Of a DNA stretch of 64,000 nucleotides, positions 55,426 through 64,000 are shown one piece after another. A program made the position numbers and the translations under genes. Positions within the stretch are counted from its first letter, which is position 1, and every line of letters begins with the position of its first letter. The stretch is from Candidatus Daviesbacteria bacterium. Lineage in GTDB: Bacteria; Patescibacteriota; Microgenomatia; Daviesbacterales; UBA10151. Below the pieces are notes generated by a model. The model saw only the letters and a list, made by a program, of their open reading frames with translations, had not been told where the DNA came from and did not search any database. The DNA lies in NCBI GenBank assembly GCA_016176415.1, contig JACOXH010000010.1, positions 4,247 through 68,246 of the forward strand, given 5' to 3'.

Positions 55426-55801
55426 CCCGTCAGGATTTTATCATAATTAAATCAAGCACTTCTTTTTTAACAAGTGTAAACTGCTGTTTGTATGAAAGAA
55501 AAAATTTCCGGTGAAATTAACAGCGGTATCAACAAGGGAAGAGAATATGCTGATAAGGCAGTAAAAAGTACCTTTTCTGTTGCTGTGTCAATAGGAAAAG
55601 CTTGTGTGGGAGAAAAGAGGTTGGAATTGCACAGAGGTGAATGGGAACGGCATCCAGTAAGACCCGGAATAACAGAGATGTTGAGAATGATCAGGAAATG
55701 AAAGGAATTAATTGACACAAAATTGAGGAAGTTCTATGCTGGTTATAACCCTGAGTTTATTGAAGGGATAAAGCCATAGGATTTCCAGGGAAAGGGAAAC
55801 T

Positions 55802-58800
55802 ATGACAAACATAGAAAAGAATATGGCAGAAGCAGCCCAAAGCCAAGATATAGCATCAGTGGTTTCTCCAAATAAAAGCGGAGAAATGATATCTCCTGTT
55901 GAAGGTATGTCTCCTGAATTATTTAAAAAAGAAGCAGAACATATTCGTCTGACTTTGGCTAAGCAGGAGGATCAGGGTATTCAAAATCTACCCCCCAAAC
56001 CTTTAGTAGTTGGACAAGAGGTTAACGGTAAAGTAGTTAGTCAGAAAGTTTTAGAAAATGCCCAGCTTTGGGATACCCAGCGTCAGGAAGCAGCGGCTAA
56101 GTTGTTAGGAAAAGAATTATCAGACAAACAAAAAGAAGAACTGATTGAGGCTCACTGGGAATCAGCGGGCGAAAAAGGTTTGGATGAAGGTCACTTAGCA
56201 GGTGTTTACAATCTAACACGGGGACAGATTAGGCGTGAAGCAGAAAAATTACCAAGTTTTACCACGGAAGAAAGACGTAAACTTTTTGAGGCTGGGTTAG
56301 TAGGGGTACCTGATTATCTTAAAGAAGAAGCAAAACAAAATTCAGAGATTCAGGATGCTATTGAAGTAGTGCTTCTTGATGCCAAATTGTCTCCTTCACG
56401 TCGGGCGAAGATAATAGCTAGCCAGCCTGATTACCAGCAATTACTAGACAACAGTAAGAATAAAATTAATGAAGTTCTTCTGCCGGCAAACCCTCAAGAT
56501 GCAGAAGAATTAAAACGTGTGTTTCGTTTTGTTAGAGAAGATATAAGCAGGATCTGCTTGGAGGCTATACAACCTGTTCCGCAGGCAGATTCAGATTCTT
56601 GGTATCCTTCCCCAAAACCTAAGGCTGTAGAAGAGCGAATAAATACTGTAAACGAAGCTTTAGGAATCAACGAAGAAACAGGAGAATTTAACTATAAAGA
56701 AACTTTTTGGAATTATGGAGAAACTACCCTAAAAAGAACTTTTAAAGATCCTATTACAGGTCAAGACCCAGATATTAACGCTCTAAGGGAAAAGTATAAA
56801 GGTGTAGCAAGCTATATTGCTGCCCGAGCAGCAACTGCTATAGTTAAAGAATTAAAAGGTCAACTACTACAACCTGATTCTGCTGATAGTACGAAAGAAG
56901 AATTTGGTGATTTTTATCTTTCAGATATAAAAAGAGGACTTAAGGAATCGAAAGGCGAAAGAGAAAGATTTAAACGCGAAAAAAGGAAAAGGGCAACTGC
57001 GGAAGAGAGGTTAAAATATAATGACTGGAGAGAAAAATTTGACTTTAACTGGGCTGAGACAGCAGAAGAGTTGGATGATTCAGTGGAAGACTGGTTGGAT
57101 TATTTTCAACAAGCATTACCTTTAGAGGCAGACGAATCAGTTTATCAGGAGGTTCAAAAAGGACTGTCTAACGCTTTATCTTCTTTAGAGAAGGCCCGTA
57201 ACCGTATCGGCCTGGAGACTAATGATGTTAGAGTCTTTGCGTTAAGGGAAAAAATTATTGGACATGTGACTACTATAGCTGGTGCCAGATTGCTTGAAAG
57301 TAAAGGTGGTTTTGAATACTTCATAAAATTAAGGACGGATTTTGCTTCAAACTACAATCCGTATTATGACGCAATTTATAAAAAGAAGGGTTTTGCCATC
57401 ATGGCAGATAAGATAAGTGAAAATGAAGGTGAGATTTACCGTGGGGGAGCAGTAGATAAAAAAAAACCATTGTCTGGAGACACTAAAACTCACAGAGGCG
57501 CTTTAGAACGGGAGATAATCAGATATGGTGCTACTCATGAGCTTTACATTACTGATGATGATGTGGAGGCTGCTGTGTTGGGTGAGGAAAAAATAAGGAG
57601 AGAAGTTGGTAGGTTGGGTCTTCCTCCGCATGAGGCTGAAAAAGTAGTTCAGGAAAGATTAAAAGAAAGGTTAGGTAGATATGATTGGGGAGAAGATGAT
57701 GTTATTGAAGGGTTGCTTTTAAAGGATAAAAGAGGGTTTGATAGAACTCAGGCTTTAACAGATCCACAAAAAAAGGCAGAAGCAGAAGCCAGATGGAAAA
57801 CTAGGACAGAGTTCTTCGAGAATATGAAAAAGATGTTGGATAAAGAGGATGGTCTTGATGGTAAATCCCCAGACGAGAGAAGAAAGATAGTCAGGCAAAG
57901 GATTAAAGACAAAGTAACACAGGAAGGTTATCAGGCTTTACTTCAAGAAATAAATGCTTTGCCAGATCAGGAATCACAAGACAGAGCCTTGTGGAAATGG
58001 GTAAGAGATTTTAACAAAAAAAGGGTAGAGCTTCGCAAAGAAGGATCTAATGATGAGCCTTGGTTTCCGAGTCATTGGGATATGGAAAGGTTAAGCATAC
58101 AAAGACCCGAGGATTTGATTGATAGAGCGCTTTCTAAAAAGGAGTTTAATGCCATGGTAGAAGAGGTAGAGGATTCTTATAAAGATTTGACTGATGAACA
58201 AATTTCAAGAAAAATCACAGATGAATTTGAAGCTGAAGTTCAAAGAGAAATTCAGGCAAAAAATTTATCCCCTCAGGATGCAGTTAAAGAGTTTAAAAGA
58301 TTGAAGCAGGAGAGACAAGAGGAAATTGACGGGAAGATTGAAGATGTTCTATTCCAGCGGAAAGAAAGAGAAGCTCGCGCAATAAGAAATTTTAACTTAA
58401 ACAGAGCTCAAGATAAGTTTTTAGAACTTGAGGCAAGGTGGGGTGGTTTGACTACCAGAGTAATTAATAAAAATGGAGAAGCAGAGCTAAGAACAATTTA
58501 TTCATTAGCTTCAGAAATTATCAAAGCTAAAATTGATAAAGAAGCTCAGGGTATTGAAGATAAGGTAAATGTTTGGAAAGCTAATTTTATGGCTGCTAAT
58601 CCTGGGATAACAACGGAGCAACTGAAAGAGGCAACTATTAAACAAAAGAGGCTTTTTAGAAGGCATGCCACATTTGCAGCTACGCTGGGATTGAGAGAGA
58701 TTGGTATAGCCAACGATTTGCCTATTTGGGAGTATTACTATTATGGAGATGTAGCAGAGATTGGAGCTTTTGCGCCTTTGGTGGGTTACACTGACGAGGA

Positions 58801-60052
58801 TAAAAGAGATTTGCCTGCACTTTTAGATTCAGGCAGAAGAGAGATGGAGGCTGTTTTTTACTTTCTGGCTCAACAGCATATGGATGGGAAAATGTTGGAT
58901 GTCAGAGATGCGCAGGGACTATTGATAGAAGTAGAGGAAAAAGATAAAGACGGTAATATGGTTTTAGTTCAAAAAGAAGCACATGAGGAAAAATGGGTGC
59001 GCCCACGGGTTATCAATGAAGGTGGAGTACTTAAACTCAGAGATTTATTTGAAAGCAGATTCATGATTTCTACGAGTGGTGGTGTGGAAGTAACAGATTT
59101 AATTTATAGAATTGCAGATTTAGGAGTTTTTGATGAATTGTGGGAGCATGGGTGTTTAGATAAGCGCGAGTGGCAAGGTTTCAGAAAAAGAAGAAATAAA
59201 TGGGAATTGAGAGAGCAAACATTTTTCAATACCAGAGAATGGGCAGATCCTTTAACTCATGTGCAAAGGTTAACAGGAGCAGCTAATGCCAAAAAGTTTT
59301 TAACAGGAGGAGAGGTTCAGGGACAAGGACATGTACCTGGAGTGCTTATTGAACCAATGAGCGGGGCATATAAATACCGTGATATGTTTTATTCGGATGA
59401 GACTTGGATTCAAGGTGCAAGTTATAGAGATAAATTTAAATTAACCGATAAAGAACACGCTAGAAAACTTAGGGAGTTGCTTACTAATGCTGAGATTACC
59501 GGTAGTATGACAGATGCAGGATTTGATAAATTAGTAGAGATAGGTGCTGGTATTATGAAGCCGCTTATAGATTATATGAATGCACGCCGATACGTGATGA
59601 ACAGAGCTGGTTTGGCCCCCAAAAATTGGAAATATGATAATGAGTTAATAGTTAACGCTTATATAGATAATTTATTTAATGAAGAAGATATGGGAGGGGA
59701 TAAACTTGGTTATGCTCCTGAAGGAAGAAGTAAAGTAAGCGCGAAAATATTTAAAGATATTCTCAAAACCAGCACTTATCATATATTGGTTGAGGGGGAC
59801 CGTAGAAAGTTTTATTCAAAGGCTAAAGAAAAAAAAGCACAGATTACTCAAAAAAGAGATGAGATTGTAAGAAGAGGTTTACCTGCAGAGGTTCGGATAA
59901 CGATTAGCAATAGAGAAACTAAATTATTAGCTCTTCATACTACTCCAGAAAATATTGCTAAAGAAAAGAAAAGACTAGAGGATCAATATTATGATACTCA
60001 GCTTCGTAAAGAATTTGTTGGTGAATGGCCTGCCAGATTATTAGATAATTAA
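55802..60052 (+). CDS. Giant (1416 aa) highly charged protein of unknown function
   Basis: One uninterrupted frame, rich in K/E/R/D and probably largely helical. I could find no TM, signal peptide, Walker A, HExxH or HUH motif by eye. A purine-rich SD-like AGGGAAAGGGAAA sequence precedes the ATG. Confidence 0.7.
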   Translation: MTNIEKNMAEAAQSQDIASVVSPNKSGEMISPVEGMSPELFKKEAEHIRLTLAKQEDQGIQNLPPKPLVVGQEVNGKVVSQKVLENAQLWDTQRQEAAAKLLGKELSDKQKEELIEAHWESAGEKGLDEGHLAGVYNLTRGQIRREAEKLPSFTTEERRKLFEAGLVGVPDYLKEEAKQNSEIQDAIEVVLLDAKLSPSRRAKIIASQPDYQQLLDNSKNKINEVLLPANPQDAEELKRVFRFVREDISRICLEAIQPVPQADSDSWYPSPKPKAVEERINTVNEALGINEETGEFNYKETFWNYGETTLKRTFKDPITGQDPDINALREKYKGVASYIAARAATAIVKELKGQLLQPDSADSTKEEFGDFYLSDIKRGLKESKGERERFKREKRKRATAEERLKYNDWREKFDFNWAETAEELDDSVEDWLDYFQQALPLEADESVYQEVQKGLSNALSSLEKARNRIGLETNDVRVFALREKIIGHVTTIAGARLLESKGGFEYFIKLRTDFASNYNPYYDAIYKKKGFAIMADKISENEGEIYRGGAVDKKKPLSGDTKTHRGALEREIIRYGATHELYITDDDVEAAVLGEEKIRREVGRLGLPPHEAEKVVQERLKERLGRYDWGEDDVIEGLLLKDKRGFDRTQALTDPQKKAEAEARWKTRTEFFENMKKMLDKEDGLDGKSPDERRKIVRQRIKDKVTQEGYQALLQEINALPDQESQDRALWKWVRDFNKKRVELRKEGSNDEPWFPSHWDMERLSIQRPEDLIDRALSKKEFNAMVEEVEDSYKDLTDEQISRKITDEFEAEVQREIQAKNLSPQDAVKEFKRLKQERQEEIDGKIEDVLFQRKEREARAIRNFNLNRAQDKFLELEARWGGLTTRVINKNGEAELRTIYSLASEIIKAKIDKEAQGIEDKVNVWKANFMAANPGITTEQLKEATIKQKRLFRRHATFAATLGLREIGIANDLPIWEYYYYGDVAEIGAFAPLVGYTDEDKRDLPALLDSGRREMEAVFYFLAQQHMDGKMLDVRDAQGLLIEVEEKDKDGNMVLVQKEAHEEKWVRPRVINEGGVLKLRDLFESRFMISTSGGVEVTDLIYRIADLGVFDELWEHGCLDKREWQGFRKRRNKWELREQTFFNTREWADPLTHVQRLTGAANAKKFLTGGEVQGQGHVPGVLIEPMSGAYKYRDMFYSDETWIQGASYRDKFKLTDKEHARKLRELLTNAEITGSMTDAGFDKLVEIGAGIMKPLIDYMNARRYVMNRAGLAPKNWKYDNELIVNAYIDNLFNEEDMGGDKLGYAPEGRSKVSAKIFKDILKTSTYHILVEGDRRKFYSKAKEKKAQITQKRDEIVRRGLPAEVRITISNRETKLLALHTTPENIAKEKKRLEDQYYDTQLRKEFVGEWPARLLDN

Positions 60053-60076
60053 TGTTTTCTTTAAACTAAATATCTA

Positions 60077-61771
60077 TTAAGAGCCCATGCGCCACCTAAG
60101 GGGATTCCAAGAACCGTTTCGATTTATGTCTCTTAACCCCGCTCTAGTCCTTTGTATTCTTACACCCACACCGGGGACGTATACTGGTTCAGTTTGTCCT
60201 CCAATTGCTGTGCTTAAACCTTGAGCACCTGCAAAGCCTCTTTGGCCTGTTTGAGTAGCATATCCTTGTCCGCTTCTAACGCTTCCTCCAATTTCCTGAC
60301 CGATCATCTGTCCTGCCTGACTGGCTCTTCCTAAGGCTCTACAAATAATATCAGGTATAGTAGGTGTTGCAATTAAAGCTCCAAAAGCCACCAATATTTG
60401 TATAAAAGATAAATTTATACCTCCAAAAAGAGGTAAACTTTGTTGCCCAGTTAGAGCAGAATCCGGACCGACCGCAAAGGGAGAATTGGGAACAGCAGCG
60501 CTGCCCACAAGGTAATTTACAAAGTAGAAGACAGCTATTACAGCGGGGAATGCTAAGATATTACAAAGCATACTCATAATCCAACCGGTAACTATTCCCT
60601 GTCTCCCTGGTAAAGAAGCTGCCAAGAATTGAAAAGGAGCAGTTATTGTTAAAAAAATGATATTCAGATAGTTGTTTATTAGTTTAAGTAATAATTTCAG
60701 CATTGCATAGATTAAAATAGCTACAGACACTAAACTGACGAAAAAGCCTAAAATTGGAGAAATACCGGCCTGAATAGATATAGCAGAGATAAGGCCTAAT
60801 ATAGGTCCTATAATTACTCCGTAAACAGGTATTGCGCCACCGATTTGTCCGGTGAATTGGAAGGCAATGATTCCTGCAAAAATTCTCAAATAATTTTGTA
60901 CCTCCGGAGTAAAGCCATTAAAGATAGAATCTATTGCATTGGCTGCATCTGCTTGTGTAACTATACCTACAAACCTGCTGAAAATACTTAAAACGCTTTG
61001 TTGTTGTATTTGTTCAGTTAAGCTTGGAGGAGGAGGGTTTATTTGTTGCGCAGCTTGGAAATAATAACCAACAATATTGGTGCCAATAAAAGCAAAATCA
61101 GTCAGTAAGCCTGCCAGAAAATAACTAAAGGTTATAAGAATCAGACCAATAATCAACCCCGGTAATGCAGTTTGAATAGTGATCACTGTTTGGGGGTTGA
61201 GTTTATTCCTGAACATAACCATTACTCCGATAATTAAGAAAATAATAATTAGAAGAACATAAGAAACATTTCTTGAAACCTGCCATAAACTTAAAATAGG
61301 GTTTAGAACTGCCTGTCCTGATCCAACAACTTGTGCATTAGCTGGTTTTACAATACCTAACCCTTGTCCGACCGTTGCCAGATAATCAGCAGTTCTTACG
61401 GGAGGGTTTTGGTATAAACCCCCGATAATCCCCGTTACCGTTCCTAAGGCTCCTCCTTGTAAATTAGCTTGAGATAGTATTGGTACACCCTGAATTGCTC
61501 CCTGGGCGTTTTGGGTAAATTGGTAAGTTAAACAAGGCTGGCCAATAATGGATTGCCCGATAGCCAGACAGCTAAAGCTGTGAAACAAATTATGAACTAA
61601 TAAATCAGTATAAATAGGTGAAGTAGGGGAAACAGTTGGAGGCAACTGGGTATAAGTTGTTATAGGGATAGCAGATTGGGAGGCAGTAGGCGTATCGCTT
61701 TTTGCAAAAGCATTAACAGGAAGAATAAAGAGAAATGTAATTAAAAGCGGAGCAAAGATTCGGGCAAACAT
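60077..61771 (-). CDS. VirB6/TrbL-like polytopic T4SS membrane protein
   Basis: Signal peptide MFARIFAPLLITFLFILPVNAFA. At least 8 TM helices follow, then a Gly/Gln-rich cytoplasmic tail. It is positioned directly after the pilin genes. Confidence 0.55.
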   Translation of the reverse strand: MFARIFAPLLITFLFILPVNAFAKSDTPTASQSAIPITTYTQLPPTVSPTSPIYTDLLVHNLFHSFSCLAIGQSIIGQPCLTYQFTQNAQGAIQGVPILSQANLQGGALGTVTGIIGGLYQNPPVRTADYLATVGQGLGIVKPANAQVVGSGQAVLNPILSLWQVSRNVSYVLLIIIFLIIGVMVMFRNKLNPQTVITIQTALPGLIIGLILITFSYFLAGLLTDFAFIGTNIVGYYFQAAQQINPPPPSLTEQIQQQSVLSIFSRFVGIVTQADAANAIDSIFNGFTPEVQNYLRIFAGIIAFQFTGQIGGAIPVYGVIIGPILGLISAISIQAGISPILGFFVSLVSVAILIYAMLKLLLKLINNYLNIIFLTITAPFQFLAASLPGRQGIVTGWIMSMLCNILAFPAVIAVFYFVNYLVGSAAVPNSPFAVGPDSALTGQQSLPLFGGINLSFIQILVAFGALIATPTIPDIICRALGRASQAGQMIGQEIGGSVRSGQGYATQTGQRGFAGAQGLSTAIGGQTEPVYVPGVGVRIQRTRAGLRDINRNGSWNPLRWRMGS

Positions 61772-61834
61772 TTTATTGAGCGACTAGACTCTATAATAAC
61801 AGTAAAACAAAATAGGGATTTTTTGCAAGCCTTA

Positions 61835-62152
61835 TTATGGTTGACAAAACGGTAATGAAGTTCCTCCGCAGAGTGTTTTAATATCAAATACTGTAACTTT
61901 AATACCTGTAAAGCTCTCTATCAATTGTAAAATTATCCAGGCTAAAGCCATAAAAAGCAGTCCTAAAAGAGCCCAAGTAAGGGTCATATGGGCAGACTGG
62001 AGGGCTTTGGGTTCTCCTCCTGAAGTTAAATATTTAAGGCCTGTCATGATAACAAAAATCAAAGTGGCTACAAATCCCAAGCCTACTATTACAGAAATAA
62101 CATTACCAACTAACGCTTCAAAATCATTTAATCCTGCAGGAGGTGGTTCCAT
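61835..62152 (-). CDS. TrbC/VirB2-like mini-pilin paralogue 3 (lacks the Cys-rich N-domain)
   Basis: Two hydrophobic helices flank the conserved LKYLTSGGEPKALQSAHMTL. A C-terminal CGGTSLPFC pair is present. Confidence 0.6.
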   Translation of the reverse strand: MEPPPAGLNDFEALVGNVISVIVGLGFVATLIFVIMTGLKYLTSGGEPKALQSAHMTLTWALLGLLFMALAWIILQLIESFTGIKVTVFDIKTLCGGTSLPFCQP

Positions 62153-62199
62153 ATTTTAAAGTTAACATGAATAGATTTGAAGATCAATGGATGTGTACT

Positions 62200-62715
62200 T
62201 TAAACTTGTCCTGGTGGGACAGAAGCAGCTGGACCTGGAAGAACGATATTGTTGATATCAAATCCTACTATCTGTCCACCTAATCTGGCTAAAGCAAAGG
62301 CTACAGCAAGTACTACCAGACCTATTAAAGCATTAATAATTCTGTTTCTGGCTTTTGCAACTGCTTCTTTATCTCCTCCTGAAGTAATCCACTCATATGC
62401 TCCAATGATTAACATTACCAGAACTAAAATAATAGCTACTGCTAAAGCAATGGTGATGAAGTTTCCGATAGCATTGGAAATTGATTTAAAGCCTTTGTCG
62501 GGCGGAGCAATATTGATTGTGCCTCCGGTTTGGCATGAGCCTTCATTAGCTTTACCCGGAGTAGCTACACAAGATAAACCTTTGTCGCATCCGTGATTAC
62601 CAGCGATATTAGCATCGTTAGGATTACACAATTGGCCTTCACTGATTGCAAAAACATTGGTTGTAGTAAAAAATAAGGTGAAAACTATTGTTAGGATAAA
62701 GACTATTTTTCTCAC
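62200..62715 (-). CDS. TrbC/VirB2-like T4SS pilin paralogue 2 with Cys-rich N-terminal domain
   Basis: Signal peptide MRKIVFILTIVFTLFFTTTNVFA. A 4-Cys module follows (CNPND...GCDKGLSCVA...GSCQ). Then two TM helices flank YEWITSGGDKEAVAKARNRIINALIG. Confidence 0.65.
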   Translation of the reverse strand: MRKIVFILTIVFTLFFTTTNVFAISEGQLCNPNDANIAGNHGCDKGLSCVATPGKANEGSCQTGGTINIAPPDKGFKSISNAIGNFITIALAVAIILVLVMLIIGAYEWITSGGDKEAVAKARNRIINALIGLVVLAVAFALARLGGQIVGFDINNIVLPGPAASVPPGQV

Positions 62716-62760
62716 TGTAGTTTAACTATATCTGTATAGTAAAGTACTTGTCAAGTATGT

Positions 62761-63312
62761 CTATTGTCCTACAAAAAACTTAAATCCTGTAAATGTTCCC
62801 AATACTCTGATAATGGCAAAAGCTGTGGCAAATAAAATTATTCCTATAAAAGCATTAATAATTCTTTTTTGGGCATTGGCCAGTTTTTCTTTATCTCCTC
62901 CTGAAGTTAACCACTCAAATGCAGACCAGATGATCATAAAGACTAAAGCTATCATTGCTATAGAAAAAAGCAGGGCTACAAAATTGGAAAAAAACATGCT
63001 AATAATCCAAGCTCCTGAAGGATTGTCTTTTATTAGTCCTGCCAAAGGAGCAGGTGGTTTGACTAGTCCAAAGATCTTACCTACAGCAGATTCTTTACAC
63101 TGATACAAAAATCCGTTGTTGGTAGCGTTTGGGGTATTGGTAATCTGACAAGCGTATGACCCGTCATTAACGCAGGGTCTTGCAGATGACTGACAACAAA
63201 TATCCTGGGCAGGATTACAATTTGATCCCGGGTTTTTTTCGTCGGCAAGAACCTCTGAACCGCTTAATACAAAAATCAGAGCAATTATCAAGGCAAGAAG
63301 TTTTTTAAACAT
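62761..63312 (-). CDS. TrbC/VirB2-like T4SS pilin paralogue 1 with Cys-rich N-terminal domain
   Basis: A signal peptide and a Cys-rich module (CNPAQDICCQSSARPCVNDGSYACQ...YQC). Then two TM helices flank FEWLTSGGDKEKLANAQKRIINAFIG. Confidence 0.65.
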   Translation of the reverse strand: MFKKLLALIIALIFVLSGSEVLADEKNPGSNCNPAQDICCQSSARPCVNDGSYACQITNTPNATNNGFLYQCKESAVGKIFGLVKPPAPLAGLIKDNPSGAWIISMFFSNFVALLFSIAMIALVFMIIWSAFEWLTSGGDKEKLANAQKRIINAFIGIILFATAFAIIRVLGTFTGFKFFVGQ

Positions 63313-63412
63313 AACTGCAAAAACTATATTATCACAAACAAGGTTCTTACGGATTTCTTACTTTATTTACATTTATCTTGAGTAGATAAGGAACTAAAAT
63401 ATAGGCCTATAT

Positions 63413-64000
63413 ATGCTAAATATTGAAAAAGGAACAAGTTTTCTAAAAAGATTTGATGTTCAAAGCTTGCAAGAAAGACTGTCTAACTATAAAGTGCCGA
63501 TGAGAAGAGCGGCTTTAACAGGTACGGCTTTAGTGGCGGCTATAGTTTTGAATGTAGCATTTGATCAGGGTCTACAATCTGTTGATGCAGGGGATGGCGC
63601 TACGAAAACTCCGCGTACACTTCTTACTCCTGTAACCGTTTTAACGCCCGGGTCCCTTCGGGTATTTACAGCTACTCCCACACCCGTGAAACCTGACCGT
63701 ATTATTGTCCCGCGCTCTAATTCCGGAACAGGGGATATTATTATTGAAAATAATGTAGAAGTGGATATTCCTGCGCAGCAGGGACAGGTAGCGCCGCAAT
63801 CGACACCGGAGACCAAATATGTGCCGGTACCTGTGGTGCCGACCTATCCTCCGGATACAATAATTACCAATAAAGATGCCCTGAATAATTTTATAGAGGA
63901 GGGGATAAGGATAGCTCAAACTGCGGAAGCGAATGTAGTAAAACGTACTCCAACACCAACCCCGGGACCGTTACAGGTAGAGATAATCCCAAAAGCTCCG
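63413..64000 (+). CDS. Membrane-anchored Pro/Thr-rich protein, function unknown; 3' end lies outside the window
   Basis: Absent from the ORF track because no stop falls in the window. ATG at 63413. My translation, MLNIEKGTSFLKRFDVQSLQERLSNYKVPMRRAALTGTALVAAIVLNVAF...TPTPVKPDRIIVPRSNSGTGD...VVKRTPTPTPGPLQVEIIPKAP, is open for 196 codons to the window edge. Confidence 0.5.
   Translation, partial: MLNIEKGTSFLKRFDVQSLQERLSNYKVPMRRAALTGTALVAAIVLNVAFDQGLQSVDAGDGATKTPRTLLTPVTVLTPGSLRVFTATPTPVKPDRIIVPRSNSGTGDIIIENNVEVDIPAQQGQVAPQSTPETKYVPVPVVPTYPPDTIITNKDALNNFIEEGIRIAQTAEANVVKRTPTPTPGPLQVEIIPKAP

Noticed and set aside
63565-63919. Two minus-strand ORFs (83 and 92 aa)
   Set aside because: They overlap a longer plus-strand frame that is open from ATG 63413 to the window edge and has a plausible TM anchor. 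The minus-strand translations are Arg/Cys/Gly-rich shadows.

Overview
AT-rich bacterial chromosomal segment that uses the standard code. TGA acts as a stop at positions consistent with normal protein lengths. Gene content looks like a reduced, Candidate-Phyla-Radiation/Patescibacteria-type genome. This placement is an inference from the small housekeeping set, a DUF4012 protein, TrbC/VirB2-like mini-pilins and the absence of biosynthetic operons. The window holds the replication-origin neighbourhood: rpmH-rnpA-yidD-yidC-jag on the minus strand, dnaA and dnaN on the plus strand, and perfect TTATCCACA boxes on both sides of dnaA. Housekeeping genes include sbcCD, metG, tatD, groES/groEL, murB, ahcY, glgP, thpR, tsaD, valS, rplY and rnhA. 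There are also two cell-envelope glycan clusters and an AbrB-Doc toxin-antitoxin pair. Three things stand out. (1) A roughly 16 kb Gram-positive/CPR-style type IV secretion-like locus at 47.1-63.3 kb. It has a cell-wall hydrolase, a VirB4 ATPase split into two coupled ORFs, a PrgI/VirB3-like fusion, a VirB6-like protein and three tandem pilin paralogues. No relaxase or coupling protein is visible. (2) Inside that locus, a leader matching the conserved core of a compact cobalamin riboswitch. It precedes an uncharacterised 500-aa Zn-ribbon protein and a 1416-aa highly charged protein with no motif I recognise. (3) A dense population of small palindromic, MITE-like repeats. Several sit in frame inside essential genes (valS, tsaD, murB), inside an O-antigen-ligase-like gene, and in the groES-groEL spacer. 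No rRNA, tRNA or CRISPR array was seen. Motif coordinates were counted by hand and may be off by 1-2 nt.
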